From assembly GCA_964611355.1 (NCBI GenBank), contig CAZSYD010000011.1:45078-65077 (forward strand): a stretch of 20,000 bases of DNA, in the 5' to 3' direction. Source of the DNA: an uncultured Ignavibacteriales bacterium. Its GTDB lineage: Bacteria; Zixibacteria; MSB-5A5; GN15; JAAZOE01. This document shows positions 1 through 9,369 of this stretch, in pieces; positions within the stretch are counted from its first letter, which is position 1; each line of letters starts with the position of its first letter. Both the position numbers and the translations under genes were made by a program. The notes below the pieces were generated by a model that had not been told where the DNA came from, did not search any database, and was given only the letters and a program-made list of their open reading frames with translations.

Positions 1-218
1 AAAAGCAACCGTCATGCCGCTGCCGGAAGACGCGCTATTGACCATGAATCAGGCAATTTCTACTGCACGGACTATTCCGGTAGTAGTCTTAACCGACTAT
101 TTTACAGCAGGTTGAAACGTTGCCGGTAAGGGCCGAGGGGACTCGCAATATCGTTCATATTATGCAGACAGGTTCACAGGATGCCCGTATATGCATATAT
201 TTCTTATATCTTAATTGC

Positions 219-248
219 TTGATAAATAGTTGCCCCACCGGTTATATT
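219..248 (+). promoter_or_regulatory. putative sigma70-type promoter (TTGATA-N18-TATATT), 7 nt before the ATG at 256
   Basis: -35-like TTGATA at 219-224 and -10-like TATATT at 243-248. There is no Shine-Dalgarno sequence between the -10 and the ATG. Confidence 0.45.
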
Positions 249-255
249 TCCTGCC

Positions 256-2391
256 ATGACAAAGCAGGTAATCTCTCCTGTTTGGTGGCTGATACTGATT
301 GCTCTGGCGGTCAAAACGGGGTATTTGCTCTTTGGCTTGCCGGAGCCGTCGTCGCCGGAAGCTCTATCCGTAGATGCTCTGTATCATTACCGCTGGGCTT
401 CTCTTATTGCATCGGGCGATATATTCGCCAACGCGCCCTATTTCAGGGCTCCCCTGTATCCATTCATTCTGGCTTTTCTACTGAAGGTTTCCGGAAACAG
501 CCTGATTTTTGTCCGAATCATACAACTGCTTGCCGGGTGTCTCACGCTGCTTTTTACCTACTGGTTGGCCGAGAAAATATCAAACCGGAGAATCGCCGCC
601 ATTGCCCTTATCATATTACTTCTTTACCCGGTGATGACCTTTTTTGAGGGAGAACTGCTTCTTGATTCGCTCTTTTCGCTTCTCGCCCTGATATCGCTTT
701 ATTATCTCGTCCCCGATAACAACCGTAACAACAGACCTATTTTGGCCGGTCTGTTTTTCGCTCTGGCGGCTTTGACCCGTCCGGTTGTACTTGTCTTTGT
801 CCCGATTGTATTAATCTATTTACTCTGTCGGGGAAAACGCGAGGAGAAATACGGAAACGGCCTCCGAGCCGCGGCGGCGTTTTTGTTCATAACCGTTATG
901 GTCATCGCGCCGGTAACGCTGGTTAATTATATCCGCTCGGATCAGTTCATTCTTGTTTCGTATCAAGGAGGCGTAAACTTTTTTATCGGCAATAATCCGG
1001 ATGCCGACGGTCTTTCAGCCAGCCTTCCGCCGGTCGGGCGTGACTGGAGTCTCGATGATGCCGCTTACTTCGCTTTTAAGGATACCGGCCATAGAATCCT
1101 GCATGCGGAACAATCGCGGCATTGGTACTTGAAGGGGATAAAATATATTTATTCCGACCCATCAGGGTTTATCAGACTTTTCGCAAAAAAATTCTATTTC
1201 CTATTTTCCGGACACGAGATTTCCAACAACCTGCCGCTTAAGGAGGCCGTCTTTGATAATGGTTTTTTGAAATGGCTGCCTGTCAGGTTATCTCTCTTGC
1301 TTTCTCTGGCCGTTCTGCCCCTCTTTTTCTATCGCAAAGATACAAGCCGATATCTTTTCTTATACTCCATCGTTTTGATTTACGGATTGACCGTTTCGTT
1401 CTTCTTTGTCACTTCGCGCTTTCGTCTGCCGTTAATCCCCGTCCTTGCTATTTTAGCCGCCATTGGCCTGGTCTCGATATATGAAGCTATACGATCCGGG
1501 CGGATTGGTTACCGCTTTTTCTGGGGCCTTATCTTCGCCGGAGGTATATATATCCTTGCCGGAGCCGGCCTTTATCAAGATTCGTCTTCCAATCCGCAAT
1601 ACGCCATGTTTCTCAGGGGAAATCGTTCTCTCCGACAGGGTAATTACGAAGGTGCTGTCGCCTGTTTTGACAGCCTATCCCGCACGAAACCGTATTTCAA
1701 GAACACCTACCTTAACCTCGGCATCGCCAATCTCAAACTGGGAAATACCGGTGCCGCCATTGAGGCCTTTCGAAGCGAGCTTGGCTGCAACCGCGCCTCC
1801 GCCGAGGCATATAATAACATTGGCGTAATTTCCCTGCTGCAAAGGCAGTATGATTCGGCCGCTGCCTGCTGCGAAAAAGCGTTGGATATCAAGCCGTATT
1901 ATACGGAAGCGGCGGTGAATTACCTGCGCTCCGCCGCAGGCATTACCGGCCCGGAACAACTGGACTCAGTGGAGATCAAGAGACGCAGTCTCAGGCTGTT
2001 TTTTGACGCCAGTCCGGTCTATCTCGTAGAAGAAGCTTTATATTTTACTAAAAACAGGCGATACGCCGAGGCCATCAATAACCATTTGAGGGTCATTGAA
2101 ATCATTCGCCAACACAAACCGTCAGTTTCATTCGAATCGAAATTCAGCGTGCATGCATCTCATAGTCATGATAATCTTCTCAGGCTCGCCTGTTATCAAT
2201 TGGGATATCTCTATGGCCTGATCGGCGAATACGAGAAATCGATTCAATTTTCCCAACGCGCGATTGAACTTGCCCCCAATATGAAAGATGCTTACATAAA
2301 TCTTATTTCCGCTTATCATTCAATCGGGGACCGCCGCCGAGCGGATTCGGTCATGGCGGTTTATCGTTCAATCTGGCCGGGCGACTTCTAA
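256..2391 (+). CDS. GT-C fold (ArnT/PMT, GT39/GT83-like) membrane glycosyltransferase with C-terminal TPR repeats
   Basis: 711-aa ORF with many hydrophobic helices in the first ~440 aa. Motifs DALYHYRWA, RAPLYPFILA, ALAALTRP, GGVNFFIGNNPDADG and RFRLPLIP. C-terminal TPRs (YLNLGIANLKLGNTGAAIEAF, AYNNIGVI, YQLGYLYGLIGEYEKSI). Confidence 0.8.
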   Translation: MTKQVISPVWWLILIALAVKTGYLLFGLPEPSSPEALSVDALYHYRWASLIASGDIFANAPYFRAPLYPFILAFLLKVSGNSLIFVRIIQLLAGCLTLLFTYWLAEKISNRRIAAIALIILLLYPVMTFFEGELLLDSLFSLLALISLYYLVPDNNRNNRPILAGLFFALAALTRPVVLVFVPIVLIYLLCRGKREEKYGNGLRAAAAFLFITVMVIAPVTLVNYIRSDQFILVSYQGGVNFFIGNNPDADGLSASLPPVGRDWSLDDAAYFAFKDTGHRILHAEQSRHWYLKGIKYIYSDPSGFIRLFAKKFYFLFSGHEISNNLPLKEAVFDNGFLKWLPVRLSLLLSLAVLPLFFYRKDTSRYLFLYSIVLIYGLTVSFFFVTSRFRLPLIPVLAILAAIGLVSIYEAIRSGRIGYRFFWGLIFAGGIYILAGAGLYQDSSSNPQYAMFLRGNRSLRQGNYEGAVACFDSLSRTKPYFKNTYLNLGIANLKLGNTGAAIEAFRSELGCNRASAEAYNNIGVISLLQRQYDSAAACCEKALDIKPYYTEAAVNYLRSAAGITGPEQLDSVEIKRRSLRLFFDASPVYLVEEALYFTKNRRYAEAINNHLRVIEIIRQHKPSVSFESKFSVHASHSHDNLLRLACYQLGYLYGLIGEYEKSIQFSQRAIELAPNMKDAYINLISAYHSIGDRRRADSVMAVYRSIWPGDF

Positions 2392-2406
2392 CCGGGATTA
2401 AGGCAC

Positions 2407-2435
2407 AAAAAAGCCCGCCTTCCAAGCGGGCTTTT
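2407..2435. terminator. bidirectional intrinsic terminator between convergent genes
   Basis: AAAAAA-GCCCGC-cttccaa-GCGGGC-TTTT: a GC stem flanked by A and T tracts, between the stops at 2391 (+) and 2482 (-). Confidence 0.85.
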
Positions 2436-2481
2436 GCGTTTCCATTTAGTCTATGCAGTCCCGTGCCGACTATTAGAAATT

Positions 2482-4683
2482 CTAATCCTTGTCTCGCACC
2501 ACCGGAGGATCAATAGCGATGCCCAGTTGCTGCAACAACTCGGGATGCTGTTGCGCCTCCTGTTCCACCCTTTCAAAATAATCCCTGATTTTCTGGTGGC
2601 GCTCAGCCAGGTTGTCCGCGGCGGAACCTTTGGCGAATATTCCCGGGGTTACTTTCGCCGCTCCCTGAGAACTCAGCCACTTGTTCGTCAACCAGCCCAA
2701 AACAGAGGTAAACAACTGCTGGGTTTGGGCCGAGTCGGTAGCGATCGGCGTAAAGGTAACTGCAACCGATCTCAGATCGCCAATCGACTGGGCCACGCCC
2801 ATGACCTGACCGTTCAGAAGAGAAAGGGTTCCGTGTTTGGAGTGGTACAGATAAACCGCCGTGGCATTGCTGGTCCTCGTTCCCGCTCCAACCTCAGGCA
2901 TGGCATCCAAAAACAGTGTGTCAACGAAAGGAATCTGTCGGAAGTATTTATTCTTGTCCAATAGGTAATATCGTTCCGTCAAGTAATCGACGTTAATATC
3001 TATATCCGGGAATATCTCCGGGACAAGAGAATAACATCCAATAAACTGCTGGTTCCAGACAGGTGGCTTATGGGGGGGCCGCACGACATTACCCAAACAA
3101 TCATACAACCAGCCTTCATGGTATATATGCGTCATACCGAAGTGTTCCGCGAAATCAGCCGAAAGCTCATAAATTCCCGGTAGCTTATCCTGGTTACCAT
3201 CTGCAAGATTGCGGCCCATAAACCACCCCGAAGATCCCATATCCATAGCAAAATAAACATGGCCCAAAAGACCAAAGGTCATGTTTTCCTCTGGTCCACC
3301 CTGAGCATCGTCATTATAGAAAAGCTGAACCTTATGCGACAGGAGATCGACCAGGTTGGGTTTTACGCTACCCCATTTCGGCGGCCCGATGTATTCTTCG
3401 TATGGCCTTGTAGTAAGAGAGAAATAATCGGTGGTAACCTCAGGCGGATACCCTCCCTGCTCCACGACGTAATCAAATCTGGAGAACGTATCAAAAGGAG
3501 TATAGGCTCCAGAGTGGATGTCATCCAGGGCGGCATTTATATAATTTTGGAAAATCCCTTTCACCAACTGCAGGCTGTCCGGGTACCACCGGCCGGCCAC
3601 CTTGGTGTAATAGGTCTCATCATACACAGCCACATCCCGTTCAAACAACGCCTCGAGCACAAGAAATTGGCTGAAAGCCGGCGAGGGATCAGGAATAAAG
3701 CCGTCGTCACGGGAGCGAACCCAGAAGATGAATTTGAACTGGGTGGTTTTGGTAAGACTTTCCAAATCCTTGAAAACGTCATAAATAGTGACTTCCTCGT
3801 CCGTTACCCAGACGTCCGTGGAATCCGTATCATATTGGGGGCCTTCCGAATGCACAAGCGGCTGCGGAAGATCGCCAACCGCCGTCGGAAGAGCATCCAG
3901 ATCAAGAACCTGAACATCGATGCAACTGGTGAAGGAATCGGCGCTAGGGTCCCAAACGCAATTTTCTTTGGCTATATTAACGAAAATCTTCGCGGTATCG
4001 GGAAATGGTCCATATAGGCGCCATTCGAATTCCAAAGGCGGTATCGCTCGACCCCAGTCGGTCGAATCGGCGCCGCTCCAGACAACCTGAATACCGGGCG
4101 CCGGAGATTTGTCATCCTTGGCATTGATATAAACCCGGTTGCCGCGGTGGTGAGTATTGGGGTAATGGTTATTCCGGGAATACCGCCGCCATTTCATATC
4201 CGACAGGGCGCCCAGGTTATCCTGTGCCTGTATGAAGAAATACTGGTTAATAAAGGAATCAACCGGGTAATCGACATCAGCATACAATCGTACGGTGGCT
4301 GTTGACTGGGGATGATCAAGATCAACAGGCCGGTATTTCCAGCCAAACTGATCGTCGGTGGCTTGATCGGCAAAAACCTCAACCGAAACCCGCTGACCGT
4401 TTATCGTCAGCAGCGACTCTACCACAACAGCGTACCGGAAAAAAGAGATAAAACCGTCGATGTCAGTCGCATACCAGTTCAAATCCGGATTGCGTGAAAA
4501 CTGGGCGCCGTCCGGGGGCGTATTGGCGATATATACTATGGGTTTCTGATTTTCAAAAGCAGTGCCCGATCGATCCGGCCCGCATCCGACAAAGACTGCC
4601 ACGAGCAACAGGACCGAAACAGGTAAAAAGATAAGAATCTTTTGGGCCGAGAACATATTTTTTCCTTCCGCAGTCGTTGTCAT
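2482..4683 (-). CDS. large putative lipoprotein of unknown function with two Ig/FN3-like modules
   Basis: 733-aa ORF with GAGGAG upstream of ATG 4683 (an alternative start at MFSAQK is possible). Hydrophobic signal ends in lipobox-like FVG|C. Two similar modules: WYATDIDG...FFIQAQDNLG and WSGADSTD...FWVRSRDDG. Confidence 0.7.
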   Translation of the reverse strand: MTTTAEGKNMFSAQKILIFLPVSVLLLVAVFVGCGPDRSGTAFENQKPIVYIANTPPDGAQFSRNPDLNWYATDIDGFISFFRYAVVVESLLTINGQRVSVEVFADQATDDQFGWKYRPVDLDHPQSTATVRLYADVDYPVDSFINQYFFIQAQDNLGALSDMKWRRYSRNNHYPNTHHRGNRVYINAKDDKSPAPGIQVVWSGADSTDWGRAIPPLEFEWRLYGPFPDTAKIFVNIAKENCVWDPSADSFTSCIDVQVLDLDALPTAVGDLPQPLVHSEGPQYDTDSTDVWVTDEEVTIYDVFKDLESLTKTTQFKFIFWVRSRDDGFIPDPSPAFSQFLVLEALFERDVAVYDETYYTKVAGRWYPDSLQLVKGIFQNYINAALDDIHSGAYTPFDTFSRFDYVVEQGGYPPEVTTDYFSLTTRPYEEYIGPPKWGSVKPNLVDLLSHKVQLFYNDDAQGGPEENMTFGLLGHVYFAMDMGSSGWFMGRNLADGNQDKLPGIYELSADFAEHFGMTHIYHEGWLYDCLGNVVRPPHKPPVWNQQFIGCYSLVPEIFPDIDINVDYLTERYYLLDKNKYFRQIPFVDTLFLDAMPEVGAGTRTSNATAVYLYHSKHGTLSLLNGQVMGVAQSIGDLRSVAVTFTPIATDSAQTQQLFTSVLGWLTNKWLSSQGAAKVTPGIFAKGSAADNLAERHQKIRDYFERVEQEAQQHPELLQQLGIAIDPPVVRDKD

Positions 4684-4693
4684 GACTTACTCC

Positions 4694-5656
4694 TCAAAAG
4701 GCTACACCAAATGAAAACCGGTGAATTTCACGCAAAAAGCCGAAATCCTGGTATCCATAATCTATTCTTATCTCACTGGCTTCTCCGAGCGGCCATTTCA
4801 AACCGGCCCCGGCAGTGAAACCATCGGAATCGTAATTAAAACGGTTGCCAACTCGCACCGAGAATCGATCAAGATACCAGTACTCCAAGCCGGCGTTGTA
4901 GGTTTCGAGATTGTCCGACGGATGCGCGCCCTCGACGCACAGGGTCGCCAGATTATCGGGACTCTCAACAAGATTGAAAGAGCCGCCGAACTTGAAATTC
5001 ATCGGCAACGAGTACGTTTGCTGTATCATCTTCAAATCAGGACCGAAATTGACAATGCTGATGGCGATCTTGAATCCCCGATACCCGGTGTCATACAGCG
5101 TACCCACATCAGCCGCCCAGCCCTGAGCCGATTCCGTATCATAAAACTCGCCGATATATTTCAATGTGCCGCCGACGGAGAAATGCTCGGTCAGACTTCG
5201 AGCCACACTGACCGAAAAGGCGAAATCATAAGCCCTGAAAAATTCGCCTGTCCCCTCAGGATGAGAGTGGGTGGTTAAGGGTATGTCACCGCTATTGAGA
5301 AAATAAAAACCCAGCCCAAGGACGCCGGCATACTCCTCAAGAGGAAAGGCGATTCCGGCAAACTCATAGGCGATGTCGGCCGGATAATCGACATGAGTAA
5401 ACATCGCCTCATTGCCGAAAAGCTGGGTAAGACCGGCCGGATTATAATATATAGCCGACACATCATTAGCCATAGCGAGATATGCCCCGGCCATGCCTGT
5501 CGCTCGGGCTGAAACACCTATATCGAGGAACTTAGCGCCGGTCGTGGCGACCTTCGCCTGACCATATGCACCGGAAGGCAACTGGACTGCCAACACCGCG
5601 GCCAGAAACAAAAGCAGCACCCATCGTCCTGTCAAAAACTTCTTTATGCCTGACAT
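4694..5656 (-). CDS. PorV/PorQ (UPF0164)-family outer-membrane beta-barrel protein
   Basis: Signal peptide followed by the characteristic FLDIGVSARATGMAGAYLAMANDVSAIYYNPAGL, amphipathic beta strands and C-terminal Phe (FGVAF). Start moved from the track's 5674 to ATG 5656 (MSGIKK), 7 nt after GGGAG. Confidence 0.8.
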   Translation of the reverse strand: MSGIKKFLTGRWVLLLFLAAVLAVQLPSGAYGQAKVATTGAKFLDIGVSARATGMAGAYLAMANDVSAIYYNPAGLTQLFGNEAMFTHVDYPADIAYEFAGIAFPLEEYAGVLGLGFYFLNSGDIPLTTHSHPEGTGEFFRAYDFAFSVSVARSLTEHFSVGGTLKYIGEFYDTESAQGWAADVGTLYDTGYRGFKIAISIVNFGPDLKMIQQTYSLPMNFKFGGSFNLVESPDNLATLCVEGAHPSDNLETYNAGLEYWYLDRFSVRVGNRFNYDSDGFTAGAGLKWPLGEASEIRIDYGYQDFGFLREIHRFSFGVAF

Positions 5657-5713
5657 TTGCATGCTCCCATTCAATCTATTTCCAAGGGCGTGTTTTCATG
5701 GTTTATGAACTCA

Positions 5714-8700
5714 TCAAAATTGTAATCCCAAACCGAGAATAATCTGACGACCACGGCCCCAGCGACCCGGGTTGGCCTGGCGTTCGGTACCGCCGCCGAC
5801 GATGCCCGACTGATTGTTGTCGGTGTCCGGAAGACCCGTGGTGGAGTAAACTGACAGAACATTCTTATTATCAAAGAGATTCTTGACCCAGGCCTTGAAA
5901 GTCCAATCCATTCCCGAAATGCGGAATCGCTTATGTAACTTAACATCAGTAAAGGCGGTTGACGGGAGCCGCATCGAGTTTTTCATCGGCTTCTCGCCGA
6001 CATCAAGCGTTATACCGGGAAAACTCTTGTCGGGAGTGAAAGGGAAACCGGTCTGAAAACGCCAGTAAATCGACATATCCCAATCATTCGGTATGGAAAT
6101 ACCAAACACCCTGGGATGATCCCGATCGGTAAAATAAAATTGCAACCAGAGCGAGACGCGATGGCGGATATCCCAATCAAGCGGGTTTTCATCGATGGAA
6201 ATCTCATCCTGCGCCAGCAAACGCTCATAGTTTTCCGAATCGGAGGAGGATTTACCGTATGCAAACAAATACTCATAACTAAGGGTACCGTTGACAAACC
6301 GCGACGCCTTTCGCTCCAGTTCCATCTCGACGCCACGGACACGAGCGTAGTCGGTGTTATCATAGTACGAAAAAGCGCTTGCCCCCTGACCATATACCGA
6401 AGTCGCGATAATATCAAAGTAATCCTTGTAAAAACCGGATAGCTTCATTGAATATTCATCAGTGAAAGCGAAGTTGACGCCGAAAGTATAGTTAACCGTC
6501 TTGGTGTAATCAAGGTTGGGATTGCCGACCAGATTAACTGACCCGCTGCCGAACGGGTTGGCATTTCGGTACATCTTGGCATAACTGGGCAACTCATAGA
6601 AATGGCCGTAGTTGAATCGGATCATGGCCCTTTCCGAGATCGGGTAGTTGATTGACACCCGCGGTGAAAGCTTGTCTCGGATATCCGTTAATTTGCTACC
6701 GGTGATATCCTGGACGGTGGAAACACCTTTCAGGTCGGACTGAAGGAAAATGTCGGCGCGCAACCCCAGCGAGGCCACCAGCGAACCATACTCAATCTTG
6801 TCGCGCAAGTACACGACCAGAACCTTGGGCTCACGCTTGTAGAAATCCCGAATCGTCCCGCGTCCAAAGTACGGATTAGCATTGTAAGGGAGACTGTCGG
6901 GTTCGTTGCTGTACTGCTGCAAACGCTGAATGGCCATCACGCTGATATCCTCCCGCCGGAATTCAAGACCGGCTTTTATCTCTTGCGCGCGACCAATGGC
7001 TTTCTTAAAGTTGCCCTTTAATGTATATTTATCGACCTTCTCCTCCGTCCAAACATTGGTATATCCACCCTGCTCGAAACCGTACAGGAGAAAAGCGGTG
7101 CCGTTATCCCCTCCCTGGTCATGACGGCCGTTCTTGTTTATGTCGACAAACGGTTCGCCGGGATCATATCTGTTATTCGGCGCATCATAAACGCCGTTGC
7201 CGTTGTAATCGATGTAGGGAATGCCGGGTTCCCAATAATTCCGGCCGGGCGAAGTGTATTTGTTGTCCCGATTGAAGTCCTGATTGGGAGGAGTATTCAG
7301 CGCCGTCACAAAACGATCAACACCGGGATCATATATACCATTACCATTGATGTCCGTAAACGGCTCGCCCAGCGAGGAGTCGCCGTCAATATACGGCTCC
7401 TCACGGGAGGTGACAAACGGAGTAGTGACATCCTGATATTCACTATCGAAGGTATTGTTGCCGTTAACGTCTCTGGTCAGGCGATCCCCTATGTCCCAGA
7501 TGCCGTTACCGTTAAGATCGGCAAAAGGCTCACCTTCGAATTGGTCCATTATCCCGTTATTGTTCAGGTCGAAAAACGGATACCAGTAACCTCCTATCTG
7601 GGCGTCTTCCGAAATCCAGACGTCGCCTCCGTTACGAAAAGGAACATATATACTCCCCCAACTGACCGAATCGGGGAAAATATGCAAATGCGGTTCAGCT
7701 TCGTCAAACTGGTTATTGCCATTGAGATCATCATAGGTTTCGTATTCATCAATAAACAGGAACTGGTCCGGGTTGAGGCCTTCTCCGGGATGTTCCGGAT
7801 CACCCGGTTTCTGCGTATAGCGGGAACCCCAATACGAAAAGTTGACTTCATAGTCGGTTGATTTGGAAAGAACCTGCTTAAGCTGCAGCGAAACGGTATT
7901 AGTACTGTAATCATAAATCGGCGCCGTAGCCGGTGTATAGCGATAAACCCACCAAAAGTCGGTTTCATGCCGCCAACTGCCCTTGTACAGAGCTTTGGCT
8001 TTTATGTTGCTTGTGGGGGTAAAAGCCAGCGTGAAATCGAGGTTATAAAGGTTGTTCTGCCGATCCGGAATATGGATGCCCAGAATATCCATTCCCGAAT
8101 ACGTCTTCCGCGTGGCCGGTGTGTTATACCGCGAATACGGATTGCCGGTATCCTGCTTCACCGCCCGGCTGTACAGGTAGAAAGTGAAATCCTTACCTTC
8201 GAAATAATTGATCCCCACGGCCGGAAGAATACGACTTGTCAGGACCGGATCAGGTCCGCTGATGCTGAATTCAAGTTGATCATAATTTTCCGAATACTTA
8301 TTAAGGTTTTCAGCTCCAAAATCGTCCGTATAATACTCTAGCCGAGATCTGGTTTTTGCGGGTGAGCCTTCCGGAGAAGTAATCTTAACAACACCGGAAA
8401 GCGCCTCTCCGTACTCGGGATCAAAACCATCTTTGATAACCTGCAACTCAAGAACCGCCGAGGAAGAGATGTTAATACCGGCATCGACCGGGGCGCGTCC
8501 CCCGAGAGGATCCGAATAGTTCACGCCGTCAACCAGGTATGTCGTTTCGCCGCGACGGCCGCCGCGGATATGTAATTCACCCTCAGCATCCGTGGTTATA
8601 CCGGTCTCGCGCGCAAGGAGATCACCCACGCTGGCCACCGGGGCGATCTGGATTTCTTTTTGCGTCTTAATCGATACCGTACCGGTCACATTAACGTCGA

Positions 8701-9088
8701 TTCCCTTGCGGGTACCTGTAACGACAGTCACCTTGCCGGTTTCAATCACGGTCTGCTTCATTTGGATATTAATCTCCGAAGTCTGGTCAGTATTGACCTC
8801 GACGTCTTCCACCAGAACCGATTCATATGACAGCAATGTCACCTTGAGATTGCAAGTACCGGGTTGAACTGACAGGATGATGTAGTTTCCATCGATGTCA
8901 GTCTTGGCCCCGATATTGGTCCCCTCAATCTGAACCGATACGCCAAACTTCGGTTCGCCGGTATTCTTGTCAGTGATGGTTCCTTTTATCCGCCCGACCT
9001 CGGCGGAAAACACCGAGCCGGCCGTCAGCAACAGCGTTACCGTCAAAACAAGGGCAAAAAACGCCGTCTTTGGAACTCGGCTAAACAT
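5714..9088 (-). CDS. TonB-dependent receptor with N-terminal carboxypeptidase-regulatory-like domain, plug, and an inserted Asp/Asn-rich repeat region
   Basis: Signal peptide, GRIKGTITDKNTGEP domain, plug motif LHIRGGRRGETTYLVDG, barrel motifs LSPRVSINYP, RFNYGHFYELP, GNPNLDYTKT and VKNLFD, and C-terminal LGLQF. Start set at ATG 9088 after GAGGAGG (the track gives 9175). Confidence 0.88.
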   Translation of the reverse strand: MFSRVPKTAFFALVLTVTLLLTAGSVFSAEVGRIKGTITDKNTGEPKFGVSVQIEGTNIGAKTDIDGNYIILSVQPGTCNLKVTLLSYESVLVEDVEVNTDQTSEINIQMKQTVIETGKVTVVTGTRKGIDVNVTGTVSIKTQKEIQIAPVASVGDLLARETGITTDAEGELHIRGGRRGETTYLVDGVNYSDPLGGRAPVDAGINISSSAVLELQVIKDGFDPEYGEALSGVVKITSPEGSPAKTRSRLEYYTDDFGAENLNKYSENYDQLEFSISGPDPVLTSRILPAVGINYFEGKDFTFYLYSRAVKQDTGNPYSRYNTPATRKTYSGMDILGIHIPDRQNNLYNLDFTLAFTPTSNIKAKALYKGSWRHETDFWWVYRYTPATAPIYDYSTNTVSLQLKQVLSKSTDYEVNFSYWGSRYTQKPGDPEHPGEGLNPDQFLFIDEYETYDDLNGNNQFDEAEPHLHIFPDSVSWGSIYVPFRNGGDVWISEDAQIGGYWYPFFDLNNNGIMDQFEGEPFADLNGNGIWDIGDRLTRDVNGNNTFDSEYQDVTTPFVTSREEPYIDGDSSLGEPFTDINGNGIYDPGVDRFVTALNTPPNQDFNRDNKYTSPGRNYWEPGIPYIDYNGNGVYDAPNNRYDPGEPFVDINKNGRHDQGGDNGTAFLLYGFEQGGYTNVWTEEKVDKYTLKGNFKKAIGRAQEIKAGLEFRREDISVMAIQRLQQYSNEPDSLPYNANPYFGRGTIRDFYKREPKVLVVYLRDKIEYGSLVASLGLRADIFLQSDLKGVSTVQDITGSKLTDIRDKLSPRVSINYPISERAMIRFNYGHFYELPSYAKMYRNANPFGSGSVNLVGNPNLDYTKTVNYTFGVNFAFTDEYSMKLSGFYKDYFDIIATSVYGQGASAFSYYDNTDYARVRGVEMELERKASRFVNGTLSYEYLFAYGKSSSDSENYERLLAQDEISIDENPLDWDIRHRVSLWLQFYFTDRDHPRVFGISIPNDWDMSIYWRFQTGFPFTPDKSFPGITLDVGEKPMKNSMRLPSTAFTDVKLHKRFRISGMDWTFKAWVKNLFDNKNVLSVYSTTGLPDTDNNQSGIVGGGTERQANPGRWGRGRQIILGLGLQF
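7119..7729 (-). repeat. eight DxNxNGxxD-type (EF-hand-loop-like) peptide repeats inside the TonB receptor
   Basis: DLNGNNQFD, DLNNNGIMD, DLNGNGIWD, DVNGNNTFD, DINGNGIYD, DFNRDNKYT, DYNGNGVYD and DINKNGRHD, three of them preceded by GEPFx. Confidence 0.85.
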
Positions 9089-9267
9089 AACCTTACCCTC
9101 CTCGCTGGGACAGCTATATCTATTTACTTTGGTGTGAGGGATATCAACCCGTCGAAAAAAAATTCTATTCAACAAACCCCGGCAACCAAACCTTTCTAAA
9201 CCTTAAAACAGCCGCTAACCTGTCCACCCTGTCCCGTACGGTCTATCGAAGGCCGCTTAGACCTAAG

Positions 9268-9297
9268 ATAATACGATATTTCGCTGCCTGCCGTCAA
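9268..9297 (-). promoter_or_regulatory. putative sigma70-type promoter for the TonB receptor operon (TTGACG-N18-TATTAT)
   Basis: On the minus strand, TTGACG at 9297-9292 and TATTAT at 9273-9268. This implies a leader of about 170 nt. Confidence 0.5.
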
Positions 9298-9369
9298 GTG
9301 GTTTTTTGCCCTTTTCGCCACCTCGCACATCATTAAGACTAACATGGCAACATGATTGTTCAACTAATT

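Noticed and set aside
1..130. possible 3' end of an upstream gene (frame 2 open to TGA 113-115; frame 1 open to TAA 127-129)
   Set aside because: The fragment is too short and has no recognisable motif, so the frame cannot be chosen.
120..647. 175-aa alternative-frame ORF overlapping the glycosyltransferase
   Set aside because: It has a TTG start, Cys/Arg-rich off-frame composition and overlaps a convincing gene on the same strand.
2434..8867. long plus-strand ORFs (e.g. 2434-2964, 3259-4017, 4721-5278, 7121-7861)
   Set aside because: They are antisense shadows of well-supported minus-strand genes and show no recognisable motifs.
9345..9359. sigma54-like TGGCAACATGATTGT on the plus strand
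   Set aside because: It has GT instead of GC at -12 and points antisense into the 3' end of the lipoate ligase gene.
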